A DNA stretch of 64,000 nucleotides. Source: Patescibacteria group bacterium (lineage in GTDB: Bacteria > Patescibacteriota > Minisyncoccia > Phycocordibacterales > UBA9973). Within the stretch, counting starts at the first letter, position 1; every line of letters starts with the position of its first letter. This document shows, in pieces, positions 9,901 through 19,924 of the stretch. Made by a program: the position numbers and the translations under genes. The stretch covers positions 102,719 through 166,718 of the forward strand of contig JBBTUE010000004.1 in the NCBI GenBank assembly GCA_038063915.1, written 5' to 3'. Under the pieces are notes generated by a model. That model saw nothing but the letters and a program-made list of their open reading frames with translations. It was not told the DNA's origin and ran no database searches.

Positions 9901-10414
9901 CCTAGCAGAATGGCCAGAAGGAGGAAAAGTTAACGAGGATTTGATTTCTGAAATGCAAATTGTACGACACGTAGTGACTCTTGGACTTGAAGCGAGACAA
10001 AAAGCAAATATCAAAGTTCGTCAGCCACTAAGTGAACTAAAAGTCAAGAGCTATCAACTAAAAGATGAGTATATAGAGATTATTAAAGATGAGCTAAATA
10101 TAAAAGCTGTCGTCTACGATGACTCTATTGAGAATCCAGTCGAACTCGATTCTCATATAACTCTAGATCTAAAAAAAGAAGGTCAATATCGTGAACTTGT
10201 TCGTGCTATTCAAGATATGCGCAAGAAGGAGGGGTTAAACCCAAATGATGTCATTGTTCTTACCATTGCTACTAATACCGAAGGTCAAGAAATCGTAAAT
10301 AAATGGAAAAGTGAACTCATGAAAATAGCTGGAGCTAAAGAGGTTAATATTGCCGATAATCAAGGCACTGAAGTTAAGATTGACGAATTAACATTCCTAG
10401 TCAGTTTTTCATAG
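6950..10414 (+). CDS. ileS: isoleucyl-tRNA synthetase (type 2, Thermus/eukaryote-like) with inserted histidine-phosphatase domain
   Basis: PPTANGKPGIHH, GWDTHGLPVE, ISRERYWGTPLPIW, HKPYIDEVEL, DVWFDSGAMPFAQ, KMSKSVGN. Collinear with T. thermophilus IleRS except for a ~200-aa insert. Confidence 0.9.
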   Translation: MAGKEDNNKSEVALREERVLEFWQENNTFQKTLEKDSPKGEFVFYEGPPTANGKPGIHHLEARAFKDAIPRYKTMRGYHVRRKGGWDTHGLPVELQVEKKLELNSKKAIEEYGIAEFNKQCKESVWEYLDIWNKFTKRIGYWVDQENPYVTYHNDYIESVWNVLAQVEDRKLLYKDYKVVPWCPRCGTALSSHELAQGYQDDKDLSVTAKFKIKGVVDGYFLAWTTTPWTLAGNVALAVGSEIIYVEAKVGPEVLVLAKDRLSIITDPYEIVAEHKGSEMVGMEYEPLYPYLSTLDVGDEKLKNAYKVYPADFVNTTDGTGIVHTAVMYGQDDFELGTKIGLPKFHTVDDSGHFVKGTGFLEGRFVKDEEVAVDIIKDLAHRGLLFKKEKYEHSYPHCWRCKTALIYYARDSWYIRMSDPSVKDKLIAENKEINWEPPHIRDGRFGEWLKDIKDWAISRERYWGTPLPIWQKADGSNIVVDSIDTLKKYIKKSGNSYFIMRHGGTEGNLEELVSYKHQETDNLTENGKEQVRVSADKLKDHNIDIVIYSPFTRTTETATIVKEVLGLGSEQVMPDARLIEINPGIYDGKNWSEYHEHLYNMERGWFVRKIPEGESLQDVTERSGAVLYDLEAKYSGKNILIITHGGPAWAMYVASGIYEKRNTEYKKADTHVFVKEFKQFGNAEVRELPFVPLPHDKHNILDLHKPYIDEVELFDEESRPMTRVKEVMDVWFDSGAMPFAQDHYPFENKEWVDTKGFPADYICEAIDQTRGWFYTLHAIGVLTGRGKAFKNVICLGHILDKDGKKMSKSVGNVVDPWEMMDKYGVDTLRLWMYSVNQPGESKNFDEKTVSELNNKVFNLFYNVLAFYELYRDKSIEDREYKKSDNILDQWIIARLNKLVLDMTNSMDNYKLLEPVRGIREFVDELSTWYVRRSRERIKDGDVDVKQTLYFVLKTFSKILAPFAPFAAEDIWQKLKNTSDAESVHLAEWPEGGKVNEDLISEMQIVRHVVTLGLEARQKANIKVRQPLSELKVKSYQLKDEYIEIIKDELNIKAVVYDDSIENPVELDSHITLDLKKEGQYRELVRAIQDMRKKEGLNPNDVIVLTIATNTEGQEIVNKWKSELMKIAGAKEVNIADNQGTEVKIDELTFLVSFS
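8426..9049 (+). other. in-frame histidine phosphatase (phosphoglycerate-mutase-like) domain inserted in IleS
   Basis: RHG motif (FIMRHGGTEGN), LTENGKEQV, DIVIYSPFTRTTETA, FPEGES-like KIPEGESLQDV, ILIITHGGPAWAM. Sits between IleS segments ...PLPIWQKADGSNIVVDSIDTLKKY and LDLHKPYIDEVEL, which are ~8 aa apart in T. thermophilus IleRS. Confidence 0.7.
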
Positions 10415-10415
10415 T

Positions 10416-10856
10416 ATGGCTTCAATAGAACAAGTTGCATACGGTATAGTAGTAGCTATCAAAGAAGATGAATGGAAATTCTTGATACTTCTACAAGATG
10501 AGACATTTGTAAATTGGAGTTTTCCAAAAGGTAAAACTGAAAAAGGCGAGACTGTACCGCTTGATATAGCTATGCGTGAATTGGGCGAAGAGACTGGTAT
10601 CACTGTTATCGATATACTAGACTGTCCACTTATGGAGGAGGAATATCGGTATGAAAAACGAGGTGATACTTACCACCGCACTAATAAATATTTCTTGGGT
10701 GTCGTCAAAGATAAATCTGTAAAGATACAAGAAGGTGAAATTATAGAATACAAATGGGCTACATATAAAGAAGCCTCAGAAACCTTTGTTTTTAAGAAGG
10801 AATCTCGTGTAGAAATCCTTCAACAAGCACAAGAATATCTAAATATGTTAAAATAG
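10416..10856 (+). CDS. NUDIX hydrolase (Ap4A-hydrolase-like)
   Basis: Nudix box WSFPKGKTEKGETVPLDIAMRELGEETGI. Confidence 0.8.
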   Translation: MASIEQVAYGIVVAIKEDEWKFLILLQDETFVNWSFPKGKTEKGETVPLDIAMRELGEETGITVIDILDCPLMEEEYRYEKRGDTYHRTNKYFLGVVKDKSVKIQEGEIIEYKWATYKEASETFVFKKESRVEILQQAQEYLNMLK

Positions 10857-10860
10857 AAGA

Positions 10861-11502
10861 ATGAAGATCAAAAAACTAGGGCATTGTTGTTTAGTTATAG
10901 AGGTAAATAGCAAAAGGATAATGACAGATCCAGGTTCTTATTCCACTCTCCAAGTTGAAGAGAAAAATATAGATATTATACTTATTACTCATGAACACCC
11001 CGACCACCTGCATGTGGATTCTTTGAAAGTTATTCTAGAGAATAATAAAGATGTAAAAGTAATTACAAATAGCGCAGTAGGAAAAATTCTTACTGAAGCT
11101 GGGATTGCATATGAATTGTTGGAAGAAGGAGGAAGGGGAGAATTTGAGGGGATATTATTTGAAGGATACGGAGATCATCATGCAGAGGTTTATGAAGAAT
11201 TTGGCCAAGTTCAAAATACTGGCTACTTTATAGACAATACACTTTTTTATCCTGGAGATGCATTTACTAATCCACATAAACAAGTAGAAATACTTGCTTT
11301 ACCTGTTGCCGGGCCATGGATGAAAATAAAAAATGCCATACATTATGCTCTTGAGTTAAAACCAAAAGTTTGTTTTCCTGTTCATGACGGGATGATAAAA
11401 GAAGATAGACCAGGGCCTATTTATAATCTGCCTAAAAATATTCTGACTCAAAGTGGGATTGAGTTTAAAGTGTTAGAAGTAAATAAAGAAGAAGAGTTAT
11501 AA
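10861..11502 (+). CDS. metallo-beta-lactamase-fold hydrolase
   Basis: ITHEHPDH (HxHxDH) motif. Confidence 0.75.
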   Translation: MKIKKLGHCCLVIEVNSKRIMTDPGSYSTLQVEEKNIDIILITHEHPDHLHVDSLKVILENNKDVKVITNSAVGKILTEAGIAYELLEEGGRGEFEGILFEGYGDHHAEVYEEFGQVQNTGYFIDNTLFYPGDAFTNPHKQVEILALPVAGPWMKIKNAIHYALELKPKVCFPVHDGMIKEDRPGPIYNLPKNILTQSGIEFKVLEVNKEEEL

Positions 11503-12086
11503 TGCACCACATATATCACACCCATGGGTTTATATTAGGTTCGCGCAATACTGGCGAGGCGAATAAAATGCTCACTGTTTATACTCGTGAGATGGGGCTC
11601 GTGCGAGTGGCATCTCAAGGTATACGATTCCATAAATCCAAACTACGTTTTGCTCTCCAAGATTATTCATACATAAATATGGATTTGGTTAGAGGTCGCG
11701 AGATTTGGCGTGTTACTTCAGCTACTAGTATTAATTCATTTCCATATGCTCGTTCGACTAAAGAGTCACTTTTGCTGATTGCACGGGTAAGCAAGCTTAT
11801 CGAGAGGCTCTGTGATGGGGAAGAAGCGAACGATAGAATATTTGATGATTTTATTCAGGCATTATATTTGCTCGACGATGTAAATTTATCTATTGATGTG
11901 CGTGAAGCACTAGAGCTTCATCTCGTGCTTCGCATTATGAGCACACTCGGATATATAGGGGAGTCTAGCTCTGTCCGTGAATATTTGTCATTGCCATTTG
12001 ATAAAGTTGAAACGAGTAGGTTTTTGAAGGAAAAGAAATCAATTATAGCGCATATAAATAAGGCTATAAATGAAAGCCAGCTATAA
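11502..12086 (+). CDS. recO: DNA repair protein RecO (short form)
   Basis: N-terminal OB region THGFILGSRNTGEANKMLTVYTREMGLVRVASQGIRFHKSK matches the RecO pattern GIVLRxRDYGExDR...AKGARR; 194 aa. Confidence 0.55.
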   Translation: MHHIYHTHGFILGSRNTGEANKMLTVYTREMGLVRVASQGIRFHKSKLRFALQDYSYINMDLVRGREIWRVTSATSINSFPYARSTKESLLLIARVSKLIERLCDGEEANDRIFDDFIQALYLLDDVNLSIDVREALELHLVLRIMSTLGYIGESSSVREYLSLPFDKVETSRFLKEKKSIIAHINKAINESQL

Positions 12087-12112
12087 AATTCTTGTGGTAT
12101 AATAAGCTTTAT

Positions 12113-14017
12113 ATGCCAGAAGGTGAAAGTAGGAACAGAATAGAAGATATCAAGCGTCGCCTTTACGACCGCGTCGATACAGTATCTAGCCGAACACATG
12201 AGGGCGTTCTTCATCCCGTAGTCCATAAAGTTCCTGAAAGTTGGCAAACTAATTTAAATAATGAGAATGATATTACAAATAAAATAATGAAGAAACCACC
12301 AACATCGGGATTCAAAAAGTTTTTTATCGGTGCAGTTATTTTCTTCCTCGGCTCCCTTATATTTGCTACCTATATGTTTTTAAATGGAGGAGTCTCGGTA
12401 TCAAGTGACAATATCGATATTACAGTTCTTGGTAATGCATTTACTAAAGGTGGTGAAGAACTTCCTCTTCAGGTGGAGATTGTAAATAATAACAATGCCA
12501 ATCTTGAGCTCGCTGACTTGATCGTAGAGTATCCTCGCGGAGCAAGTGACAATACTACTGATATGATACGTTTACCTCGTGATACCATAGGAGTAATTAA
12601 AAAAGGTAGCAGAGTGACCCGCAACATCAAAGTCAAATTATTTGGTGAGGAGAAATCTATACGTAACGTCAAGATTACTCTAGAGTATCACCCGGAGGGT
12701 TCCAACGCCATTTTTTCAAAAGACAAAGAGTATCCCGTAACCATAAGTTCCGCACCACTATCTTTAGTCATTGACGCTCCAGAGACTGCAACCTCGGACC
12801 AGGATATATCGTTTAAGGTTACAGCTTCTCTTAATACCTCACTTCCGCAAGGTGCTACTATGCTACAAGTTTCCTACCCAAATAATTTCGTTTTCGATAG
12901 TGCCGTACCCATTCCTTCTTTTGGTAATTCAGTTTGGAATTTATCAGGGTTGACCCAAACAAATCCCATATCTATCGTTGTCAAAGGAAGACTCGTCGGG
13001 GCAGATGGTGACGAGCAAGTATTTCATGTATACGCAGGCGCGACGAGCGGAGCAGATCAATCCGTTGTCAACGTTGTTTATAATTCGTTACTCAAAAGTA
13101 TTATAATCACTAAACCATTTCTCGAGGCTCGCATTTTGGTCAATAGTCAAGATTTGCCATCGTATGTTGCAACTGGTGGAGACACAGTTGACGCACAAAT
13201 ATCTTGGTCCAACAACTTACCAACTCGTATAACAGATACGCAGATAATAGTAAACTTTTCCGGCAATGCTTTTGACAAGAGTACTGTCAATCCCCTTGAA
13301 GGGTTCTATGATTCAGCAAATAATCAAATTATCTGGGACAAAAATACTATATCTGATCTTGCTTCTGTCGAACCTGGTGCTACTGGAACGCTTAGTTTTA
13401 GCTTCAAACCTATCTCGCTTGTCGGGCTAACTAATCCAATCAAGGAACCTCAAGTTGTACTCAATGTCAGTATCCGTGGTAGACAGCCTTCGGAGGGTTC
13501 TAATTTTAACAATGTTAATAATTTTACTAAAAAGATTGTTAAAATTAAATCTGATTTTCAAATTGCTTCAGCTGCACGTTTTACTTCGGGTTCCTTGCCT
13601 CCAAAGGCAGAAACTGAGACTACCTATACAGTAACTTGGACGCTGTCTAATTCTGCAAATAGCGTAGTTGGAGCTATTGCACATTCTACCTTACCAATTT
13701 ATGTGAAATGGGTTTCTCCTGCATCAGAGAATAGAGAAAATGTGGTTTACAATGAAGTCACTCGTGAAGTTATCTGGAATATAGGGCAAGTCCGCCCTAA
13801 CACTGGGCTTGATTCGAATCGTGAAGCGTCGTTTGTCATATCACTCAAACCATCTCTTTCACAGGTGGGGAGTGTCCCTCAGCTAATGAAAGAAGTTATA
13901 TTATCAGGCACAGATGCGTTCACTGGAACTATTGTCAAAAATACACGTTCCCCGATTACAACATATCTTATAAGTGATCCAGGCTTTAAATCTGGTCAAG
14001 AACGTGTTATACAATAG
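12113..14017 (+). CDS. hypothetical N-terminally membrane-anchored, beta-rich extracellular protein
   Basis: Single TM (FFIGAVIFFLGSLIFATYMF) after a basic cytoplasmic N-terminus, then ~550 aa Ser/Thr/Asn/Val-rich. The ORF-track start at 12092 is TTG; the ATG at 12113 is used. Confidence 0.55.
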   Translation: MPEGESRNRIEDIKRRLYDRVDTVSSRTHEGVLHPVVHKVPESWQTNLNNENDITNKIMKKPPTSGFKKFFIGAVIFFLGSLIFATYMFLNGGVSVSSDNIDITVLGNAFTKGGEELPLQVEIVNNNNANLELADLIVEYPRGASDNTTDMIRLPRDTIGVIKKGSRVTRNIKVKLFGEEKSIRNVKITLEYHPEGSNAIFSKDKEYPVTISSAPLSLVIDAPETATSDQDISFKVTASLNTSLPQGATMLQVSYPNNFVFDSAVPIPSFGNSVWNLSGLTQTNPISIVVKGRLVGADGDEQVFHVYAGATSGADQSVVNVVYNSLLKSIIITKPFLEARILVNSQDLPSYVATGGDTVDAQISWSNNLPTRITDTQIIVNFSGNAFDKSTVNPLEGFYDSANNQIIWDKNTISDLASVEPGATGTLSFSFKPISLVGLTNPIKEPQVVLNVSIRGRQPSEGSNFNNVNNFTKKIVKIKSDFQIASAARFTSGSLPPKAETETTYTVTWTLSNSANSVVGAIAHSTLPIYVKWVSPASENRENVVYNEVTREVIWNIGQVRPNTGLDSNREASFVISLKPSLSQVGSVPQLMKEVILSGTDAFTGTIVKNTRSPITTYLISDPGFKSGQERVIQ

Positions 14018-14021
14018 TAAT

Positions 14022-15233
14022 ATGGAAAAAGAACAGAACAATTTGATGGAGAAAATCATATCGCTTTCTAAGCGCCGAGGTTTTGTTTACCAAGGTTCTG
14101 AAATCTATGGTGGCTTGGCGGGTACTTGGGATTATGGTCCACTCGGAGTAGCGCTCAAGAATAATATCAAAGATGCTTGGAGGAAGAAATTTATTTCTTC
14201 TCGTACTGATATGTATGAAGTTGATGCGGCCATACTTATGAATAGCAAAGCTTGGGAAGCATCTGGCCACGTGGCTGGGTTCACTGACCCAACTCTAGAC
14301 GGAAAACAATTCAACGTTATGTTCAAGACTCAAGTAGGTGCAGGAGAAGAAGCCACTACTTCATATCTGCGTCCAGAAACTGCCCAAGGAGTATTCGTTA
14401 ATTTCAAAAACATTGTCGATTCGTTTCATCCAAAATTACCATTCGGTATTGCACAGATAGGTAAAGCTTTTCGCAATGAAATCGCCCCTCGAGATTTTAT
14501 CTTTCGTGTACGGGAATTTGAACAAATGGAGATTGAGTATTTTATTCAAGAAAATAATTGGGAGAAATATTTTACATATTGGAAGGACGAGCTAAATGAG
14601 TTTATTGAAGGACTTGGACTCGACATGAATCTAGTCCATGAAATTGAGATAGGGGATGGTGACCGAGCTCACTATTCAAAGCGAACAATAGATTTTGAGT
14701 TTGAGTATCCTTTTGGTCAGAAAGAACTTTTTGGCCTTGCTTACCGAGGAAGTTTTGATCTTGATAATCACAAATTAGATTACATAGACGAGGAAGCCAA
14801 AGGTAAAATCGTACCTCATGTTATAGAGCCATCTATGGGTATAGACCGCTTGTTGCTCGCACTCCTCCTATCTTCTTATAAAGAAGACGAGCAAAATGGG
14901 GAGGTACGGGCATATCTCGCTCTTAAACCTAGCATGGCACCTGTTATCTGTGCTGTTTCGCCATTACTTAAAAACAAGTCAGAACTTGTCGATAAAGCGC
15001 ATTTAATTTACGGTATACTAAAAGCCGAATTCGGCCGAGTTATGTGGGACGATAATGGCAACATCGGCAAGCGCTACCGCAGGCAGGATGAGATAGGTAC
15101 TCCGTGGTGCATTGTTATAGATTTCGATACTCTTACCGATGACTCTGTTACTATCCGAGACCGCGATACTGGAGCGCAAGAGAGAATCAAGCAAGACAAA
15201 ATTGTGGAATATATAAAAAATAAATTAGGTTAG
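14022..15233 (+). CDS. glyQS: glycyl-tRNA synthetase (dimeric alpha2 type)
   Basis: RRGFVYQGSEIYGGLAGTWDYGPLG and class II motifs; start at ATG 14022 after the upstream stop. Confidence 0.85.
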   Translation: MEKEQNNLMEKIISLSKRRGFVYQGSEIYGGLAGTWDYGPLGVALKNNIKDAWRKKFISSRTDMYEVDAAILMNSKAWEASGHVAGFTDPTLDGKQFNVMFKTQVGAGEEATTSYLRPETAQGVFVNFKNIVDSFHPKLPFGIAQIGKAFRNEIAPRDFIFRVREFEQMEIEYFIQENNWEKYFTYWKDELNEFIEGLGLDMNLVHEIEIGDGDRAHYSKRTIDFEFEYPFGQKELFGLAYRGSFDLDNHKLDYIDEEAKGKIVPHVIEPSMGIDRLLLALLLSSYKEDEQNGEVRAYLALKPSMAPVICAVSPLLKNKSELVDKAHLIYGILKAEFGRVMWDDNGNIGKRYRRQDEIGTPWCIVIDFDTLTDDSVTIRDRDTGAQERIKQDKIVEYIKNKLG

Positions 15234-16505
15234 ATGCAAAAAGCTAAAAAGAAAACATTAAAAAATGGTCTTCGAGTGGTGACCGTGCCTATGAAAGATA
15301 ATCCGACAGTAACGGTGCTTGTTCTTGTCGGCACAGGGAGCGATTATGAGGAGAAGAAAGTAAATGGCATATCGCATTTTCTAGAGCATATGTGCTTCAA
15401 AGGTACGACAAAGCGGCCAAATGCTCAGACTATCTCGCACGAACTCGACGCACTTGGCTCACAATACAATGCCTTCACTGACCACGAGATGACGGGCTAC
15501 TATGCAAAAAGTGATTCTAAGAACTTCAAAAAGATTTTTGATGTTATTTCAGATATCTATTTGAACTCTACATTCCCCGATTCTGAAATCCAAAAAGAGA
15601 AAGGGGTGATAGTAGAGGAGATAAATATGTATGAGGATATGCCGGCTCGCCATGTGCAAGATTTATTCCAAGAAGTTCTTTATGGGGATCAGCCAGCAGG
15701 GCGCAATATTGCTGGTACAAAAGATAATGTTCGAGCGATGACTCGCGATGATTTTGTCTCATACAAGAAGGCTCATTATGTAGCAAGTGGTACAGTTATA
15801 GTAGTCGCTGGAAGTGTAAGTGAACAAGAAGTATACAAGGAAGTCACAAAACATTTTGCTAATGTGCACACAAGTAACAAAGGAAATAAAGTAAAAACCA
15901 AGAATGTTCAAAATAAACCTCAAATTCTAGTTAAACATAAAGCGACTGACCAGACTCACTTTGTATTAGGGGTGAGAACATTTCCACTCAAAGATAAAAG
16001 AAATGCGATCCTCTCAGTGCTTGGAGGAGTACTCGGTGCTGGTATGAGTTCACGACTCTTTATCAAACTTCGTGAGGAGATGGGGGTAGCTTATTATGTG
16101 CGAGCTTTCAATGATGCATCTCTTGATCATGGATCTTTTCAGATATCAGCAGGTGTCAATAACGCACGAACCGAAGAGGTTATAAGAGAGATACTTAAAG
16201 AGTGCAAACGTCTAACATATGAGAAAGTGAGCGATAAAGAGCTGGCAAAGATAAAGTCCTTCCTTGCAGGAAATATGAAGCTATCACTCGAAGCCACAGA
16301 TGATATAGCCAATTTCTACGGCACAGAAGAGCTTATGAAGAGGGAGATGAAAACTCTTGACGATAAGATAAAGAATATAAACAAAGTAACAGCAAGTGAC
16401 ATTATGAATATGTCTAAACTTATATTTAAAAATAGCCATCTAAACCTTGCTGTCATAGGTCCATTCAAGGATAAATCGAAATTTGTAAAAGTTATGAAAT
16501 TCTAG
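15234..16505 (+). CDS. M16 family zinc peptidase (insulinase-like)
   Basis: HFLEHMCF inverted zinc motif (HxxEH); start abuts glyQS stop. Confidence 0.8.
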   Translation: MQKAKKKTLKNGLRVVTVPMKDNPTVTVLVLVGTGSDYEEKKVNGISHFLEHMCFKGTTKRPNAQTISHELDALGSQYNAFTDHEMTGYYAKSDSKNFKKIFDVISDIYLNSTFPDSEIQKEKGVIVEEINMYEDMPARHVQDLFQEVLYGDQPAGRNIAGTKDNVRAMTRDDFVSYKKAHYVASGTVIVVAGSVSEQEVYKEVTKHFANVHTSNKGNKVKTKNVQNKPQILVKHKATDQTHFVLGVRTFPLKDKRNAILSVLGGVLGAGMSSRLFIKLREEMGVAYYVRAFNDASLDHGSFQISAGVNNARTEEVIREILKECKRLTYEKVSDKELAKIKSFLAGNMKLSLEATDDIANFYGTEELMKREMKTLDDKIKNINKVTASDIMNMSKLIFKNSHLNLAVIGPFKDKSKFVKVMKF

Positions 16506-16538
16506 GTATAGATTGCCCAAATATGTTAAAATAGCTAA

Positions 16539-17603
16539 ATGGATAATAACTCTAAAAATCTACAAATCTCTATCTCAAACGGGACTATTGTGAGAGTTGT
16601 TTTATTTGGCATAGTCTTACTTGCCCTAGTAAAACTAACAAACATCATCCTGATACTACTTACATCTATAGTTGTCGCATCTTTCATAGGATTTGCTGTC
16701 AAAAAGATGAAGAAGTACATAAAAAATCGCACTCTTTCTGTGGCTCTGATTTATATATTCACCTTCGCAGTTATTTTCGGTTTACTTTCCATCTTCGTAC
16801 CAGTCTTTATTCAAGAAATGTCTACTCTCGTTGCTCAACTTGGGAAATATATTCCAGATGGTAGTATTTTAAATACTTTCCAACAAGACACTATAACTGG
16901 AGCAAAAGGAGTAGTCAGTACTATCTCTCATAATGCATCACTCGGAGATGTGATTAAGAGCACCCAGAATCTTGTTACGAGTCTCTCCGGTGGATTTTTT
17001 AACATTTTTGGACAAGCATTCGGTGGAGTTTTTAACTTACTTTTAATTATTGTCATTTCGTTTTATTTATCAGTAACAGAACGAGGTATTGAGAGTTTCT
17101 TGCGAATTATTACCCCTTCACCACAGGAAGAGTACATTATCGGTTTGTGGTTACGTACTGAACGAAAAATTGGTCTTTGGATGCAAGGACAGATGCTCAT
17201 GGGAGTCATCGTTGGAATGTTGACTTACCTCGGGCTCACTATCATTGGAGTCAAATATTCACTTGTACTTGCATTACTTGTAGTAGTGGCCGAGCTTATT
17301 CCATTTGGGTTGATACTAGCTGCTATTCCGGGAATGATCTTTGCTTACCTCGATGGAGGTGTTACTATTGCGGCTATTACTATGCTTTTGTATATAATTT
17401 TAGGACAATTTGAGACATACCTCATATATCCACTTATAGTCAGGCGGGCTACTGGTATTTCACCTTTGGTTGTCATCATATCTCTTTTAGTTGGAGCGAC
17501 TCTTGCAGGGTTCTGGGGTGTAATACTTGCTATACCGTGCGCTGTTTGTCTGCTCGAGTTCCTAGATGATTTAGAAAAGAAAAAAGTAGCATTATCTAAT
17601 TGA
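16539..17603 (+). CDS. AI-2E family (PerM/UPF0118) transporter
   Basis: 8-TM profile, C-terminal GQFETYLIYPLIVRRATGISPLVVIISLLVGATLAGFWGVILAIP family signature. Confidence 0.6.
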   Translation: MDNNSKNLQISISNGTIVRVVLFGIVLLALVKLTNIILILLTSIVVASFIGFAVKKMKKYIKNRTLSVALIYIFTFAVIFGLLSIFVPVFIQEMSTLVAQLGKYIPDGSILNTFQQDTITGAKGVVSTISHNASLGDVIKSTQNLVTSLSGGFFNIFGQAFGGVFNLLLIIVISFYLSVTERGIESFLRIITPSPQEEYIIGLWLRTERKIGLWMQGQMLMGVIVGMLTYLGLTIIGVKYSLVLALLVVVAELIPFGLILAAIPGMIFAYLDGGVTIAAITMLLYIILGQFETYLIYPLIVRRATGISPLVVIISLLVGATLAGFWGVILAIPCAVCLLEFLDDLEKKKVALSN

Positions 17604-17604
17604 T

Positions 17605-19047
17605 ATGGTAAAGGCCTTTTATATCACTACTACACTACCTTATGTAAATGCTGATCCACATGTCGGCTTTGCTATGGAAATCATTCGGGCTGACGTTATT
17701 GCCCGGGTTAAAAAATTGCAGGGCTATGAAGTATTTTTCAATACTGGTACAGATGAACATGGACGAAAACTTCTATTAGGTGCGGAGGCAGAAGGTAAAG
17801 ATGTTCAAAAATACGTTGATGAATATGCGGAGCGCTTTCGCGGACTAAAGGACTTGCTCGGTATATCAGATGATGTGCATTTTATACGCACTACTGATGT
17901 GCATCATATAAGTGCAGCACAAGAATTTTGGAAGCGTTGCGATGAACGTGGTTTTATTTACAAAAAAACATACCAAACCAAATATTGTGTTGGTTGTGAA
18001 CTTGAGAAAACTGAGTCCGAATTAAATGATAAAGGTGAATGCCCTATACACCCAGGTAAACCAGTTGAGTTGATTGATGAAGAGAATTACTTCTTTAAAT
18101 TTAGAGATCTAGAGAAACCACTCCTAGACTATTATGAGAAAAATCCAACCTTTGTCATACCAGACTTCCGATTCAACGAGATAAAAACTTTTGTAAAAAG
18201 CGGGCTTGAGGATTTCTCTATATCACGTCTAAAGTCAAAGATGTCATGGGGGGTACCTGTGCCGGATGATGATGACCATGTTATGTATGTATGGTTTGAT
18301 GCGCTTGTAAATTATATATCGACTCTAGGGTGGCCTGAGAATATAGAGCAATTTGAGAAATTCTGGACTGACGGACAACCTGTCCAATATTGTGGCAAGG
18401 ACAATCTGCGTCAACAATCAGCTATGTGGCAGGCGATGCTGATGGCGGCGGGGTTGCCAAACTCAAAGCAAATAGTGATAAATGGATTTATAACAGGGGA
18501 AGGAGGAGTCAAAATGTCTAAATCCCTCGGTAATGTTTATAACCCTTATGATATAGTCAAGGAATATGGAACTGAAGCACTTCGGTATTTCCTACTGCGT
18601 GAAATTTCAGCATTTGAAGATAGTCCATTCACAATGGAGCGATTTAAGGAGGCTTATAATGGGGGACTTGCAAATGGCATAGGGAATCTTACTAGTCGGA
18701 TACTCACTCTTTCAGAAAAATATTTACCAGAGTGTCCGATAATTGATGATAATACAATTCCCGCAGAATATTTTAAACTCTTTGAGGCTTTTGATTTAAA
18801 AAGAGTTACCGATTATGTATGGGAAGAGATACAATCGCTCGATAGATTTATCCAAGAGACAGAACCTTTCAAAGTAGTAAAAATTGATGAAGATAAAGGA
18901 AAGGAGCTCATAATTGTGATGGTTGAAAGATTATACAAAATTGCATATATGCTCAGTCCTCTACTTCCAGAAACAAGCTCAAAGCTTATGAAATTAATTA
19001 ATGAAAACAAAAAGCCAGAGACACCGCTATTTTTAAGAAAAGAGTAA
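17605..19047 (+). CDS. metG: methionyl-tRNA synthetase
   Basis: YITTTLPYVNADPHVGFA, FNTGTDEHG, VKMSKSLGN. Confidence 0.9.
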   Translation: MVKAFYITTTLPYVNADPHVGFAMEIIRADVIARVKKLQGYEVFFNTGTDEHGRKLLLGAEAEGKDVQKYVDEYAERFRGLKDLLGISDDVHFIRTTDVHHISAAQEFWKRCDERGFIYKKTYQTKYCVGCELEKTESELNDKGECPIHPGKPVELIDEENYFFKFRDLEKPLLDYYEKNPTFVIPDFRFNEIKTFVKSGLEDFSISRLKSKMSWGVPVPDDDDHVMYVWFDALVNYISTLGWPENIEQFEKFWTDGQPVQYCGKDNLRQQSAMWQAMLMAAGLPNSKQIVINGFITGEGGVKMSKSLGNVYNPYDIVKEYGTEALRYFLLREISAFEDSPFTMERFKEAYNGGLANGIGNLTSRILTLSEKYLPECPIIDDNTIPAEYFKLFEAFDLKRVTDYVWEEIQSLDRFIQETEPFKVVKIDEDKGKELIIVMVERLYKIAYMLSPLLPETSSKLMKLINENKKPETPLFLRKE

Positions 19048-19048
19048 T

Positions 19049-19924
19049 ATGCAAGAGAAGAATATAGCAAAATATATAGACATACATAGTCATGTGAATT
19101 TTAAAGCATTTGATGAAGATCGAGACGAAGTGATTAAGCGTGCGCTAGATAGTGATACATGGATAATAAATGTCGGGACACAACTTGGTACTTCAAAGAA
19201 AGCTGTAGAGATGGCAAATCAATATGAAGAAGGCGTGTATGCTATTATCGGACTTCATCCGATACATACTGGAGCTTCATATCATGATGAGAAAGAGTTA
19301 GGAGAGGGAGGAGTAGAGTTTACTTCACGAGGTGAGAGTTTCGATAAAGATGCATATTTAGAACTTTGTAAAGACAAAAAAGTTGTAGCTATCGGTGAAT
19401 GTGGGCTAGATTATTTCCGCTGCACTCCAGAATCTATAGAGAAGCAAAAGAAAGATTTTATAAAACAAATAGAACTAGCAAACGAAGTAGGGAAGCCTTT
19501 GATGCTCCACATTCGCAATAATGAAAAGGCCGAACTCATGGAAGGGGCGCCGAAAGCTCCAAATGCTTATAAAGATGCTTTAGAGCTCTTAAAACAATAT
19601 TCGAAAGTAAAAGGCGATGTACATTTCTTTGCTGGTAGTTTAAATATAGCCAAAGAGTTTGTAGATTTTGGCTTCACTCTTTCATTTACAGGAGTTATAA
19701 CCTTTACTAAAGATTATGATGAAGTTATTCGCAACACTCCACTTGATATGATTATGTCCGAGACTGATGCCCCATATGTCGCCCCGGTGCCTTATAGAGG
19801 CAAACGCAATGAACCAGTCTATGTCCAAGAAGTTGCCAAAAAGATAGCGGAAATCAAGGGTTTATCAGAATCCGAAGTAGCTAAAGCCATAATAATAAAC
19901 GCTAAAAGAGTCTTTGGATTATAA
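19049..19924 (+). CDS. TatD family hydrolase (DNase)
   Basis: IDIHSHVNF, GECGLDY, metal-binding histidines of the TatD fold. Confidence 0.8.
   Translation: MQEKNIAKYIDIHSHVNFKAFDEDRDEVIKRALDSDTWIINVGTQLGTSKKAVEMANQYEEGVYAIIGLHPIHTGASYHDEKELGEGGVEFTSRGESFDKDAYLELCKDKKVVAIGECGLDYFRCTPESIEKQKKDFIKQIELANEVGKPLMLHIRNNEKAELMEGAPKAPNAYKDALELLKQYSKVKGDVHFFAGSLNIAKEFVDFGFTLSFTGVITFTKDYDEVIRNTPLDMIMSETDAPYVAPVPYRGKRNEPVYVQEVAKKIAEIKGLSESEVAKAIIINAKRVFGL

Noticed and set aside
6950-10414. IleS phosphatase segment as a fusion artefact of two adjacent genes or a frameshift
   Set aside because: IleS-specific motifs occur in the same frame on both sides of the insert with no stop. The insert boundaries fall exactly at a known loop junction of type-2 IleRS.
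4717-12112. N-terminal extensions in the ORF track that begin with TTG (shown at 4717 dut and 12092) or run through a tRNA (56459 NUDIX)
   Set aside because: Internal ATG codons give N-termini that match the protein families and avoid overlap with upstream genes or the tRNA. Starts were moved to 4771, 12113 and 56507.
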